Shown here: positions 1 through 10,234 of the stretch, piece after piece
Layout: each line of letters begins with the position of its first letter
Numbering within the stretch: position 1 is the stretch's first letter
Assembly: GCA_964370435.1 (NCBI GenBank)
Contig: CAYJJG010000001.1
Location: 147,561 to 179,560, forward strand
From: an uncultured Holdemania sp.
GTDB lineage: Bacteria > Bacillota_I > Bacilli_A > Erysipelotrichales > Erysipelotrichaceae
Direction: 5' to 3'
Length of the DNA stretch: 32,000 bases
The notes under the pieces: generated by a model
The model's database searches: none
Told to the model about the DNA's origin: nothing
What the model saw: only the letters and a program-made list of their open reading frames with translations
Position numbers and translations under genes: made by a program

Positions 1-190
1 TACTTGGTGCAAAAAACATAAAATATGCAGCTACAGCTAATACTATAATTGCTAGTAATCCACCAATCATAAATTTAGGATTTAAGTTTATGCTAGCTTT
101 TTCTACATTTTCAAACTTTTCTTCCTTAAAGCTCTCTGGCTTTTTAATATCTGCTGCTAACTGACTAAGATAATCTTTTTTCTCACTCAT
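1..190 (-). CDS. Hypothetical membrane-anchored protein, N-terminal part only (the CDS runs off the left edge of the window)
   Basis: ATG at 188-190 (minus) is preceded by AAGGAG (complement of 200-205, 9-nt spacer). My translation is MSEKKDYLSQLAADIKKPESFKEEKFENVEKASINLNPKFMIGGLLAIIVLAVAAYFMFFAPS, ending in a hydrophobic helix. It is absent from the ORF track because it is truncated. No family recognised. Confidence 0.5.
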   Translation of the reverse strand, partial: MSEKKDYLSQLAADIKKPESFKEEKFENVEKASINLNPKFMIGGLLAIIVLAVAAYFMFFAPS

Positions 191-448
191 AAATTTATTC
201 TCCTTAAAAATGAACTTTTTCTACATACTGATACTAATACATAGAATATTCTTACTAATTATAGCACTAAATATTTACATTAAAAAGCTGATTAATCAAT
301 TTTACTGATTTTTCAAATCTTCTTTAGAAAGTCTTTAGAATTTAAAAATAATTATTTTTTAATCCTTAGTTAGTATATTCAATAATTAAAATTCCATGAA
401 TGGGTCCATTAAATGATTAAAGCATCTTGTTGACTCTTTGATATTTAA

Positions 449-472
449 TAAAAAAGAACATCATTGATGTCC
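449..472 (-). terminator. Intrinsic terminator downstream of uvrB
   Basis: Minus-strand RNA reads GGACAUC-AAU-GAUGUUC (7-bp stem with one G-U pair) followed by a U run (complement of the A run at 449-455). It starts 1 nt after the uvrB stop. Confidence 0.6.
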
Positions 473-473
473 T

Positions 474-2450
474 TTATTCTGATTTTAGTTCTGCAATAAT
501 ATCTCTAAGCTCTGCTGCTCTTTCGAAATCGAGTACTCTTGCAGCCTCTTTCATTTCTTTTTCTAAATTTAATAATAATTGATCCTTATCCTTTTTATTG
601 CCTTTTGTTTTCTTCTTAATATATTTAGCTGCCATTTCTTGTGTTTCTTTGCCAGCAATCGCATCTCTTATCTCTTTCTTAATAGTTGTTGGCGTGATAT
701 TATTTTTTAAATTAAACTCTTCTTGTATTTCGCGACGTCGATTAGTTTCGCTAATCGCCTTTTCCATAGAATTAGTCATCCTATCGGCATACATTATAAC
801 GCGACCTTCACTATTTCTAGCTGCACGACCTATTGTTTGGATTAGTGAGCGCTCCGATCTTAAAAATCCTTCTTTATCAGCATCCAGTATCGCAATTAAA
901 GCTACTTCTGGAATATCTAAACCCTCACGAAGTAAGTTAATTCCAATCAGTACGTCTACTTTTCCTTTTCTTAAATCACGAATTACTTCTATACGCTCTA
1001 ATGTTTTAGTTTCGTGATGAAGGAAAGTTACATTTAAATCCATCTTCTTAAGATACTCAGTTAAATCTTCTGCCATTTTTACTGTAAGTGTGGTTATTAA
1101 TACACGTTCATTACGTTGTATGCAATTTAATATTTCATCATATAAATCATCAATTTGTCCTTTTGATGGTCGTACTTCTATTTTAGGGTCTAGTAATCCT
1201 GTAGGACGAATAATTTGTTCAACAACTTCATGATTTGTTAAGTTAAGCTCATAATCTCCCGGAGTTGCCGAAACATAGATAGCTTGATTCACTGTGTTTT
1301 CAAATTCCTCAAATTTCATCGGACGATTGTTTAAAGCACTTGGCAAGCGAAATCCATAATCAACTAGTACTTGTTTTCGAGCACGATCTCCGTTATACAT
1401 ACCTCTCACTTGCGGAAGTGAAACGTGACTTTCATCAACTACTAATAAAAAATCTTTAGGAAAATAGTCAAATAAGTTGAACGGTCTTTGTTCAGGACTT
1501 CTTCCATCAACATGCATCGAATAATTTTCAATACCTGGACACATTCCAAATTCACGAAGTGCTTCTAAATCATAGCGACAACGTTGTTCTAAACGTTGTT
1601 TTTCTAATAACTTGTCTTCCTTCTCTAATACTTTTAAGCGTTCTTCTAATTCATTTTCAATATTTATACATGCACGACGCATCGTATCCATTGGTCGTGC
1701 ATAACCTGTAGCTGGAAAAATATTATAAAGTGAATAAGAGTTTAATACTTTTCCCGTAAGCAATTCTACTTCACTAATTCTTTCAATTTCATCATCAAAC
1801 ATTTCAATTCTTAAGCCATACTCATCTGTATGCCCAAAAGTAATCTCAACTACATCTCCGCGCACTCTAAAACTACCACGCTCTCTATCCACATCGTTTC
1901 GTTTATATTGTCGGGCTATAAATTTATGTAATAATTCATTACGCTCTATAATTTCACCTACACGTATCGTAAAAAACATATCTCGATATTGTTCAGGATC
2001 ACTAGCACCATAGATACATGCCACCGAAGCAACAATAATCGTATCTCTTCGCTCTAATACTGAATTAACCGCTGCCATCCTTAACATATCTAACTCATCA
2101 TTAGTAGTTGCATTTTTTTCAATATAAGTATCTGTTTTTGGCATATAGGCTTCAGGTTGATAGTAATCAAAATTGGAAACAAAATATTCAACCCGGTTAT
2201 GCGGAAATAGTTCTTTAAACTCACTATAAAGTTGTCCTGCTAACGTTTTGTTATGCACAAAAACCAGAGTAGGCTTATTGACCTGCTCAATAACATTACT
2301 AATAGTAAAAGTCTTTCCGGTTCCTGTTGCCCCTAGTAGCACCTGAGCTTTTTCATTTTTATTAATACCCTCTACTAATTTTTTGATGGCTTCAGGTTGA
2401 TCTCCCTTAGGCTTATAAGGTGAAACTAACTTAAATTTATTCTGTGTCAT
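474..2450 (-). CDS. uvrB: Excinuclease ABC subunit B (UvrB)
   Basis: 658 aa. Walker A GATGTGKT, helicase motifs ([13 protein letters not shown]) and a C-terminal UVR motif (FERAAELRD). Full length and colinear with UvrB. Confidence 0.97.
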   Translation of the reverse strand: MTQNKFKLVSPYKPKGDQPEAIKKLVEGINKNEKAQVLLGATGTGKTFTISNVIEQVNKPTLVFVHNKTLAGQLYSEFKELFPHNRVEYFVSNFDYYQPEAYMPKTDTYIEKNATTNDELDMLRMAAVNSVLERRDTIIVASVACIYGASDPEQYRDMFFTIRVGEIIERNELLHKFIARQYKRNDVDRERGSFRVRGDVVEITFGHTDEYGLRIEMFDDEIERISEVELLTGKVLNSYSLYNIFPATGYARPMDTMRRACINIENELEERLKVLEKEDKLLEKQRLEQRCRYDLEALREFGMCPGIENYSMHVDGRSPEQRPFNLFDYFPKDFLLVVDESHVSLPQVRGMYNGDRARKQVLVDYGFRLPSALNNRPMKFEEFENTVNQAIYVSATPGDYELNLTNHEVVEQIIRPTGLLDPKIEVRPSKGQIDDLYDEILNCIQRNERVLITTLTVKMAEDLTEYLKKMDLNVTFLHHETKTLERIEVIRDLRKGKVDVLIGINLLREGLDIPEVALIAILDADKEGFLRSERSLIQTIGRAARNSEGRVIMYADRMTNSMEKAISETNRRREIQEEFNLKNNITPTTIKKEIRDAIAGKETQEMAAKYIKKKTKGNKKDKDQLLLNLEKEMKEAARVLDFERAAELRDIIAELKSE

Positions 2451-3933
2451 TAAGTACCTCTAGTGCTTTTTGTAACTGGGCATCATAACTTTTATCAAGT
2501 GACCATAATTTAGTTACCTGCGCCATTAAAACTTCCATTGTTTCTTTATCTATTATACCCTTACTTGTGATATTAAATTCATCTTGAAAGGAAATTAATG
2601 CAGTAGCAGTAGATTCGTCAAAATAACCATCTCTTCTATCTAATTCATAGCCTAGAAAATCAAGTGCATTTTGCACTACTTGTACCTGATAATCTACACT
2701 ATCTAAAGCAAATGTTTCTTCTTCTATAAGTGAATAAGAATCATAAAGTACATCATGCAGATACACTTCAATATCTGGTTCAATCCCTTCGCCTTCAACC
2801 CAAACTCCTGACGGTGAAAGCCATTTTGAAGTTGTAAACTTAATAGCTGATCCATCTATAAAAGAATGCGTAACTTGAACTGTCCCTTTACCATAAGTAG
2901 TGGTCCCTACTAAAGTCACATCATCTCTTTCTTCTTTTAGTGCTAATGCAAATACTTCTGCAGCGCTTGCAGTATTTTCGTTTTGAAGAATTACAATTTC
3001 TTCAATGTTTTCAAACATACCTTTATTAGCCTTTGAAAACTCTATTGCACCATTCGCATAGACTTGTTGCATCACTATTGTATTGTCAGGCAAAAATAAA
3101 CTTGCGATATCTACTAAAGAGGCAAGATATCCTCCACCATCATCCCTTACATCAATGACTAACTTTCTTAGTCCTTGTTCGCTCATTAACTCTAAATAAC
3201 CTTCAGTTTCATCAGCTGTAGATGATCCAAATTGATAAATTTGTAAATAACCAATTTCGTCTTCTATCATCTCACCATACGCTGTATTTAATACTGGAGC
3301 GCGAACTAATTCTTTTTCAATAATTTCATTGTCACGTATAAATTCAATAGTAACTTTACTTCCTTCAGAGCCTTTTACCATTTCTGCAATTTTATCTGAT
3401 TCCATACCTACTACGTTTATCCCATCAACACTATAAATCATATCTCCAGGTAATACTCCTACTGCTTCTGCTGGTGAGTTATGGAATACTCTAGTTATTA
3501 AATTAGCTCCATCAGTAACACTATACTGTACACCAATCCCTACAAACCCCATATCAATCCCTGTAGTAAAACTTTCTATTTCCTCGCGGGACATATAGGT
3601 AGTATGTTTATCAATATCTGTTTCTGTTAAACCATATAATGCTTGATCCAATAAATATTCTTCTAAATTTTCTATTTCGCTACCATAAAACCACTGTGAC
3701 TCCATAATTCCCATTATGGAATCAAATTTAGTAGCTTCCATAGAGGAATTAGATTCACTAATGATGGGTGAACCACTGTTAAAATCACTTCCTAATAAAA
3801 AACCAAATATAAACACGCTGATAGCAATAGCGGTTGTTAAAATTCTTGTGCGCTTTTTTCTTCTTTTCTCTATTACTTCATCAGGCCATAAATGTTTTTC
3901 TAATTGTATTTGTACTTTTTTTTCTTCGTTCAC
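2437..3933 (-). CDS. ctpA: Carboxy-terminal processing (S41) protease with N-terminal TM anchor, PDZ domain and C-terminal peptidoglycan-binding repeat
   Basis: 498 aa. TM helix [21 protein letters not shown]-like region (GDMIYSVDG), S41 core ([17 protein letters not shown] ... [11 protein letters not shown]) and a C-terminal PG_binding_1-like segment ([10 protein letters not shown]...[16 protein letters not shown]). Confidence 0.9.
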   Translation of the reverse strand: MNEEKKVQIQLEKHLWPDEVIEKRRKKRTRILTTAIAISVFIFGFLLGSDFNSGSPIISESNSSMEATKFDSIMGIMESQWFYGSEIENLEEYLLDQALYGLTETDIDKHTTYMSREEIESFTTGIDMGFVGIGVQYSVTDGANLITRVFHNSPAEAVGVLPGDMIYSVDGINVVGMESDKIAEMVKGSEGSKVTIEFIRDNEIIEKELVRAPVLNTAYGEMIEDEIGYLQIYQFGSSTADETEGYLELMSEQGLRKLVIDVRDDGGGYLASLVDIASLFLPDNTIVMQQVYANGAIEFSKANKGMFENIEEIVILQNENTASAAEVFALALKEERDDVTLVGTTTYGKGTVQVTHSFIDGSAIKFTTSKWLSPSGVWVEGEGIEPDIEVYLHDVLYDSYSLIEEETFALDSVDYQVQVVQNALDFLGYELDRRDGYFDESTATALISFQDEFNITSKGIIDKETMEVLMAQVTKLWSLDKSYDAQLQKALEVLNDTE

Positions 3934-4112
3934 TTTGTTGCCTCCCTACTAGTAGCTATTATAATTAAAATTATAATGTATATATTATATCACTTTTGTG
4001 ATGTAGATGTTAAAAAACAATCTTTTAAAAAAAATATAATATTCACTTTAAATGCCTCTACCTAACTCATTATACTATGAAATTAATAAGTTATACCTTT
4101 TATAGTTATTAT

Positions 4113-4141
4113 AAAAACAAGATATCTTAAAGATATCTTGT
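4113..4141 (-). terminator. Intrinsic terminator downstream of the M23 peptidase gene
   Basis: Perfect palindrome ACAAGATATCTT / AAGATATCTTGT (4117-4128 / 4130-4141). On the minus strand it is followed by a U5 run (complement of 4113-4117). Confidence 0.75.
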
Positions 4142-4149
4142 CTGTTTTG

Positions 4150-5538
4150 TTAATAACCTAAAGCATCTTCAGGGCGCATACGGCATGGTGCTCCTGAGTT
4201 AGAACAAATTCTATTTAAAGCTGAAGTTCCCCAGCCACAACCAAAGGATAAATCTCCATCCCATTGATCAATAAAATCATTGATAGAATAATTTCCTAAT
4301 TTATATACTTCGATATGTAAGTGACTACCGGTAGAATTACCAGAGTTACCCATGCTTGCGATTTGATCTCCAGCAAGTACACTTGTATAATTCGCAACTA
4401 ATGATCCTTTATTTAAATGAAGATATTTAATTGCATACAAAGTTCCATCTACCCTAGAAAGCATAATAACTTGGTTTCCTCCACCACTAGTTCCGCCTTG
4501 TGCAGCTCCGCAAGTATTTCCTAGATACCCATTATTAGCACAACCATCAACTGATTTAATAATAACCCCGTTAGCAACCGCATAGATTGGTGTTCCTATC
4601 GGTGCAGCTATATCAAGTCCTAAATGGGTACCACCGGTAGGATATTGCCATGTTCCAGCACTAATGTATCCTGTGTTGGTTGGCTTAATAAATCCTGTTG
4701 ATGAAGGTATTTCACCAATTTTATCACTTAAATCAGCTATTTCTTCTTTGATTTTTTCTAAGTCACCTATAATTTGATTACCTTGTGCTAACCACTCAGC
4801 TTCTTGTTTCTTCCACTCTTCTTGAACAATTTCTGCTTCTTTTAGCATAAGTTCTATAGTGTTTTGTTTATCTTCTACATCATCACGCTTATTTTCGATT
4901 TCAGTCTTTTGAGTTTCTAATTCTGCTTTTGCAACTTTAAGTTCTTCAAGAACTTCCATAAGCTCATCACGCACATAGTTATCATATTCATTTAAATCAC
5001 TCAATCCATTTATTCTTCGAATCAAGTCAGCAAAGGATTCTGAACCCATTAAAAAATCTAATTGTTGATTCAAGCGCATTGTTCCTTGTCCATTAATCAT
5101 ACGATCTTGAACTTTTTGCACCAACTCATTTTTTTCAGTATCTTTTTCAAGAATAAGCTGATTAGTTTCTTCAATCTTTATTTCCAATACACTAATTTCA
5201 GCATTAAGATCATTAATCTCAGTATTTAATCTACTGATTTCAGCTTCATAACCTGCAATTTTTTGAGCTTGTGCTTCAATATCTTTAGCAATCTCTTCAC
5301 GATTAGCTTCGATTTGGGCAAGCTGGTCTCTTAGCTCAGAAGATTCATCACTAATATGTTGTGCATATGCTGTACATATTACTTCTTCATCTTCAGATAG
5401 CTCTTCTTTAGCACATAATTCTTTATAATAATCTGGGTTGGCATCAAAATCTTCTTCAGCATAAATCAATGAAAAATTGCTTAAAAGCATCATTGAACAT
5501 GCCATTAAAGATAAAATGCCCTTTTTTATATATTTCAT
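4150..5538 (-). CDS. Secreted coiled-coil M23 (LytM) peptidoglycan hydrolase, PcsB/EnvC-like partner of FtsEX
   Basis: Signal peptide MKYIKKGILSLMACSMMLLSNFSLIYA, about 250 aa of heptad-rich coiled coil, and a C-terminal M23 domain with HLGLD (HxxxD) and GSHLHIE (HxH). I moved the start to the ATG at 5538: it has a GAGGTGG RBS and forms an ATGA overlap with the ftsX stop. Confidence 0.85.
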   Translation of the reverse strand: MKYIKKGILSLMACSMMLLSNFSLIYAEEDFDANPDYYKELCAKEELSEDEEVICTAYAQHISDESSELRDQLAQIEANREEIAKDIEAQAQKIAGYEAEISRLNTEINDLNAEISVLEIKIEETNQLILEKDTEKNELVQKVQDRMINGQGTMRLNQQLDFLMGSESFADLIRRINGLSDLNEYDNYVRDELMEVLEELKVAKAELETQKTEIENKRDDVEDKQNTIELMLKEAEIVQEEWKKQEAEWLAQGNQIIGDLEKIKEEIADLSDKIGEIPSSTGFIKPTNTGYISAGTWQYPTGGTHLGLDIAAPIGTPIYAVANGVIIKSVDGCANNGYLGNTCGAAQGGTSGGGNQVIMLSRVDGTLYAIKYLHLNKGSLVANYTSVLAGDQIASMGNSGNSTGSHLHIEVYKLGNYSINDFIDQWDGDLSFGCGWGTSALNRICSNSGAPCRMRPEDALGY

Positions 5539-6449
5539 CGCTTCCACCTCAAGTATCGGGTTACTGAAAAGAAAGAACCTATTAACCCTACTACCATTGC
5601 AATTACTAAAAGTCCTAAAGATAAATAAATAACGAACGGCATCGGATCGATCATCTTAAATAAATTACTTAGCCATATTCCGCCTAGATAATCATAGAGA
5701 TAAACATACCCCACTGAACCTGCAACAATTGGAATTACTGAACCTATTAATCCAATAATCATACCTTCTACCATAAAGGGCATTTTAATATAACCATTAG
5801 TAGCTCCAACATTGCGCATAATACTAATCTCGGTACTTCGTGCATAAATTGTTAATTTAATGGTATTCGAAATTAATGAAATAGCTAAAACACTTAATGC
5901 TAACACTAACACTAATCCTCCAACACGAATCGAATCTAGTGCATTTATTAAAGTGATTGTACTTTCTCCACCATAATTAACTTCATCTATACCCTCAATT
6001 TCACTAACCTTAGAAGATACTTCTGATACATATTCACCACTGTTTAAATCAATATAATAAATATTATGGAAAGGGTTGTCTTCTATATAAGGATCAAATA
6101 TTGCCCTTGAAGCTTCATCGTCTGCATTCATTTCAATATAGAATTGTAATTCTTCTTCCTTAGTAAAGAAAGTTGTACTCGCTACACCTTCTATAGCTAA
6201 AATTTGATTATTAATTTCTTTAATCTGTTCATCAGACTCATGATCAAAACTAATTTTAGCAGATATTTGTACTGTCTCTTCTATAGTATTTGTAATAGAA
6301 TCCACGTTAAAGGAAAAAATCGCAAATACACAAAGAATTGTTAGTGTAATCATTACTGCTGATGCACTAGAAACAGCCATTGCACTATGGCGAACAACGC
6401 CATAGAAACCTTCTTTGAAACTTCTAACTATTCTTCTAACGACGCGCAT
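5535..6449 (-). CDS. ftsX: Cell division ABC transporter permease FtsX
   Basis: 304 aa, with one TM, a large extracellular loop, then three TM helices. It lies directly after ftsE with a 14-nt overlap. GGAAGGAGGG RBS. Confidence 0.9.
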   Translation of the reverse strand: MRVVRRIVRSFKEGFYGVVRHSAMAVSSASAVMITLTILCVFAIFSFNVDSITNTIEETVQISAKISFDHESDEQIKEINNQILAIEGVASTTFFTKEEELQFYIEMNADDEASRAIFDPYIEDNPFHNIYYIDLNSGEYVSEVSSKVSEIEGIDEVNYGGESTITLINALDSIRVGGLVLVLALSVLAISLISNTIKLTIYARSTEISIMRNVGATNGYIKMPFMVEGMIIGLIGSVIPIVAGSVGYVYLYDYLGGIWLSNLFKMIDPMPFVIYLSLGLLVIAMVVGLIGSFFSVTRYLRWKR

Positions 6450-7125
6450 AATACCCTCCTTCCATCATATCAGCTACGATATGTCCGGATTCCAAAGTAA
6501 CAGTACGTTTACGATAATTATTAACAATACGATTATCATGGGTTACCATTACAATAGTGGTATCTCTTTCTTTATTTACTTTGTCCAATAACTTCATAAT
6601 TTCATCACTCATTACTGGATCTAAATTACCTGTTGGCTCATCAGCAATCAATAATTTAGGATTATTAACAATAGCTCTAGCAATGGCAACACGCTGTTGT
6701 TCTCCACCGGAAAGCTGTTTAGGAAATGAATTCCCTTTATCATCTAATCCTACTAAATTCATTACTTCTCTTACTCGCTTGCGAATTTCTTGCGGTTCAA
6801 CATCAATAACCTCTAATGCGAACGCAATATTTTCAAAAACGGTTTTACTATCTAAAAGACGAAAGTCTTGGAAAACGACACCAATATTTCTACGGTAAAT
6901 AGGCACTCTTGAATGCTTTAATTTACCTACATCAATACCTAAAACATCAACAATTCCTTTTGTTGGTATTTCTTCACCAGAAAGCAATTTAATAATGGTC
7001 GATTTACCTGAACCTGTCGGTCCTACAATATATACAAACTCGCTTTGTCTAATAAACAAATTGATATCATAAAGAACGCTTGCGCCATTTTTATAGGTTT
7101 TGCATACATTTTTTAGTTCTAACAT
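6436..7125 (-). CDS. ftsE: Cell division ATP-binding protein FtsE
   Basis: 229 aa. Walker A GPTGSGKST, signature LSGGEQQR, Walker B LLIADEPTGNLD. Typical FtsE length and gene order. Confidence 0.93.
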   Translation of the reverse strand: MLELKNVCKTYKNGASVLYDINLFIRQSEFVYIVGPTGSGKSTIIKLLSGEEIPTKGIVDVLGIDVGKLKHSRVPIYRRNIGVVFQDFRLLDSKTVFENIAFALEVIDVEPQEIRKRVREVMNLVGLDDKGNSFPKQLSGGEQQRVAIARAIVNNPKLLIADEPTGNLDPVMSDEIMKLLDKVNKERDTTIVMVTHDNRIVNNYRKRTVTLESGHIVADMMEGGYYARR

Positions 7126-7285
7126 ATTTTCAACTCCGTTCTCATGTATTATAACATAGATAAATTTACCAATTGCTTGTAAATGTTGGAATGCTTACAT
7201 CATGAAAAAATAGCAATTAGTAATTATTTTAATATTATATTTATTGTCTCTATAATTAAAACATTCCTACTATAAAATATCAAGA

Positions 7286-7316
7286 TAAAAGGTAAGCACA
7301 CTTAGATGCCTACCTT
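7286..7316 (-). terminator. Intrinsic terminator downstream of the YitT-family gene
   Basis: Minus-strand RNA reads AGGUAGGCA-UCUAAGUG-UGCUUACCU followed by UUUAUCUU. 9-bp stem with one G-U pair and a modest U tract. Confidence 0.5.
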
Positions 7317-7323
7317 CTGTTAT

Positions 7324-8169
7324 TTATACTCTAAATTCTAATTTAAATCCTTCTCCATGTACATCATGTACCTCGCTAGTTACCATAAAAGCCTTAGGAT
7401 CAATGTTGTTTACTATTTCTATTAATCTAGGATATTGTCGCTTATCAATAATAACCAGAATTATCATTTTATTTTCTTTTGTATATCCGCCTTGTGCAGG
7501 AATTAATGTAGTTCCACGGTCCAATTGTGTATTTAACGTTTCATTTAATTCTTGCCATTTTTCAGAAATAATTTGTATTGACTTTGCACTTACTCCGCCA
7601 AAGGTTAAAGTCTTATCAATTACATAAGAAGTTGCTATAACTGATATGAATCCTATTAACACGGATTCTAAACCAAAAGTAAACAATCCAAGTCCTACTG
7701 TTAATCCATCTATGATTAAAACAAATTTACTTGTCTCAATACCTGTTAGTTTATTAAGTATAAGTGGTGGAATATCCATACCTCCAGTACTTGATCCCAC
7801 TTTGAGAACTAACCCTATTCCAAATCCCGCTAAACATCCTCCATATAATGAGGCAACCGCTGGACTTAAATTGATAACTTCTAAATTAAGTTGTTCCAAC
7901 ACACTTAAAAATATCGGATAAATTATAGTCGAAATAGCTGTATTAACCACAAAGGTCTTCCCCAAAAAAAGAAATCCTACAAAAAACATACTGTAAACCA
8001 TAATATTTATAATCCATATTCTTGGTATATTTATTAATGGCTCTATGGCTATCGCAATCCCTGCTACTCCCCCTGATAATATATTATAGGGAAGAATAAA
8101 CACATCAACTGCTATTGCTAATAAAAATGTACCAATTATGGTAATGATGATTGATTTAACTAATTTCAT
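7324..8169 (-). CDS. YitT-family membrane protein (multi-TM N-terminus plus DUF2179-type C-terminal domain)
   Basis: 281 aa. About five hydrophobic helices followed by a soluble C-terminal domain (GGYTKENKMIILVIIDKRQYPRLIEIV...VHDVHGEGF), typical of YitT/YpjC proteins. Confidence 0.8.
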   Translation of the reverse strand: MKLVKSIIITIIGTFLLAIAVDVFILPYNILSGGVAGIAIAIEPLINIPRIWIINIMVYSMFFVGFLFLGKTFVVNTAISTIIYPIFLSVLEQLNLEVINLSPAVASLYGGCLAGFGIGLVLKVGSSTGGMDIPPLILNKLTGIETSKFVLIIDGLTVGLGLFTFGLESVLIGFISVIATSYVIDKTLTFGGVSAKSIQIISEKWQELNETLNTQLDRGTTLIPAQGGYTKENKMIILVIIDKRQYPRLIEIVNNIDPKAFMVTSEVHDVHGEGFKLEFRV

Positions 8170-8201
8170 AATTCTTCCTCTTCATTAATTTATATTCTAC
8201 T

Positions 8202-8969
8202 TTAAAACAGATTTTTAAGTCGGCTTAGATAGTGATATGGACGATATCTTGCGATTCGTACACTCTTACCTGATAAATGACAATGTATCTTTTTAACATC
8301 CTCTAGAACCATCGAATGATGATCAAAACATAAAATTGCTCCTTCAAAGCTTTCACTTAAAAATGATACTTCAGATTTGCTTTTAAGAATTATTGAATTC
8401 CCAAGACTACGGTAAGCACGATGATGGATACCCGCTATTTCACTTAGCTGTAATAATGACAATCCGTGTTGTATAACCGCTCCTTTTATGGAACGATTAT
8501 ATGCAGTTGAACCCATTTGTGTTGCTAAACACATTCCTGTTCCTCTAAAGGTTTCAAAATATATTCCATCGATTTCTAAATTTATAATTTGTGTTTTACT
8601 AGCATTTTCTATACGCATTTCATTCATCGCATATACCACTTTATTATCAAAGTTTACTTCAAGTAACTGTTGTTCATCAATTTTAGCTGTTTCATTTTTA
8701 TAACATGTTAATAGTTCTTCTAATTCTTCAACTTGATAATCTGTTATAAAGCCTAGGGTTCCTGTATGAATCCCAATAAATACCACCTTATCTAGAGAGT
8801 CTAGATAAGTATGTACTGCATTTAAAAATGTTCCATCACCACCAACGACAAAGATTGTTTCTGGATTTTCTACATCTTCTGTTGCAAATCCAAATAACTT
8901 GCTTCTAATCTTGGTAGCTAATGAAATAGAATCTTCATCTTGGCGGTGCACTAATGCATATCGTTTCAT
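8202..8969 (-). CDS. nadK: NAD kinase
   Basis: 255 aa. GGDGT motif (VVGGDGTFLNA) and STAYNRS-type motif (GSTAYNRSIKG). Confidence 0.92.
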   Translation of the reverse strand: MKRYALVHRQDEDSISLATKIRSKLFGFATEDVENPETIFVVGGDGTFLNAVHTYLDSLDKVVFIGIHTGTLGFITDYQVEELEELLTCYKNETAKIDEQQLLEVNFDNKVVYAMNEMRIENASKTQIINLEIDGIYFETFRGTGMCLATQMGSTAYNRSIKGAVIQHGLSLLQLSEIAGIHHRAYRSLGNSIILKSKSEVSFLSESFEGAILCFDHHSMVLEDVKKIHCHLSGKSVRIARYRPYHYLSRLKNLF

Positions 8970-9025
8970 AATCTATCTTCCCTTTCCCTAAAAATTATTA
9001 TATCATATTTAAAGAGGTAAAATTT

Positions 9026-9574
9026 ATGGATGTACATTTAGAGATAGAATTCAAACTTTTAGTTTCACAGATAACTTTTGAAAAGATTAAACAAGACTAT
9101 CGCCAATATAATAGTGTTAAGCAAATTAATACGTATTTTGATAGTAAAATAAACCCTTTATATGCTAATGGACTTAATTTAAGAATAAGAGAAGTTCAAC
9201 AAAAACATATTTTATGCCTTAAGCAAAAACAGGAAAGTGGACTTCATGAATATGAATTAGAAGTTCCTAATGCCACAACAGCTACTTTTGATATACCTGA
9301 AGTAAATAAACTACTAGCTTCAAAACAAATTGAAAAACCCTTATATGTACGTGGTCAGCTGACTACTTATCGTACTGAAGTTCCTTTTAATCACGGAGTT
9401 CTCTGTCTTGATAAAAATGAATACAACGGCATTGTTGACTATGAGTTGGAATTTGAAATTACTAAGGATGCTAAGTTAGGGTATCAAGAATTTCTTGATT
9501 TCATAAAAATCTATCAACTAAGCTATACCTCTAATTGCATATCTAAAACACAAAGATGCTTACAATCTATATAA
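9026..9574 (+). CDS. CYTH-domain protein (YjbK-like triphosphate tunnel metalloenzyme)
   Basis: 182 aa. N-terminal EIEFK (ExExK) CYTH signature, an alternating beta-strand pattern, and YELEFE near the C-terminus. Divergent from nadK, as in the yjbK to ppnKA neighbourhood of Bacillus. Confidence 0.75.
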   Translation: MDVHLEIEFKLLVSQITFEKIKQDYRQYNSVKQINTYFDSKINPLYANGLNLRIREVQQKHILCLKQKQESGLHEYELEVPNATTATFDIPEVNKLLASKQIEKPLYVRGQLTTYRTEVPFNHGVLCLDKNEYNGIVDYELEFEITKDAKLGYQEFLDFIKIYQLSYTSNCISKTQRCLQSI

Positions 9575-9804
9575 AAGCATTTTTTTGATTTCAGTATCAA
9601 CATTCCATTTTAAAGGAGAAGATTAATAGCTATCTTTTTATCGATACTTCTGCGCCTATATATTACATGTTATCTCATATTCAGTTTGGCTTAATCAAAA
9701 AATGCTATACATTGTATAGTGATTAAATTTTGCTTCTTCCTTTATTAATGTGTATTTGCTATACTTACAATATACCTTTTACCTATATTATAAAGGAGTC
9801 GCTT

Positions 9805-10149
9805 ATGTACAAATTAACTGAGTTACTAGAGAAATTCGAGCACTATTTAGTTGGTAAGCCAAAAAGAGGTCGTATTATGTTATTAAGCATGGGAATTGGT
9901 ACTTATGGTGTAGGCTCTGACTTAAGGCGTGTTAAAGAAGATTATGAAGCGTTAGCAGTCGAGCTCATGCGTGTTATTTGTGATTATAAAAAGATTAACC
10001 CTGAATTTACAGCTAGTTCTACTCTTAATCGTTTCATTGAAGGTGAGGTTTTGTATGACTATAAGTGTAATCGACTTAAAGAAGTTCAAGATGCTATTGA
10101 TGAGCTAAAAAAAGAATCGACCACTTTGTTGAATGCGTTACAGCGATAG
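9805..10149 (+). CDS. Hypothetical protein, 114 aa, no family recognised
   Basis: ATG at 9805 with AAAGGAG RBS (9792-9798, 6-nt spacer). The 25-codon extension in the ORF track has no RBS. Predicted soluble and mostly helical (MYKLTELLEKFEHYLVGKPKRGR...). Confidence 0.6.
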   Translation: MYKLTELLEKFEHYLVGKPKRGRIMLLSMGIGTYGVGSDLRRVKEDYEALAVELMRVICDYKKINPEFTASSTLNRFIEGEVLYDYKCNRLKEVQDAIDELKKESTTLLNALQR

Positions 10150-10234
10150 AAATTAATTTTAAAACTGTTGTATTATAATAATCATCTATAAATATTTACT
10201 TTACATTAGTACATTTTCTATATATAATTATCTC

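Noticed and set aside
598-1017. 139-aa plus-strand ORF inside uvrB. The same applies to the other embedded antisense ORFs in the track: 3716-3952, 6557-6898, 7403-7627, 7646-7921, 8488-8703, 11620-11829, 12217-12399, 14061-14282, 16565-16861, 16992-17246, 19020-19223, 20513-20731, 22452-22712, 24315-24518, 25210-25464, 25730-25996, 26930-27196 and 30701-30913.
   Set aside because: Each lies wholly antisense to a CDS with strong family motifs. They lack an RBS and translate to low-complexity Ser/Ile/Leu/Phe-rich strings, as expected from the reverse frame of AT-rich genes.
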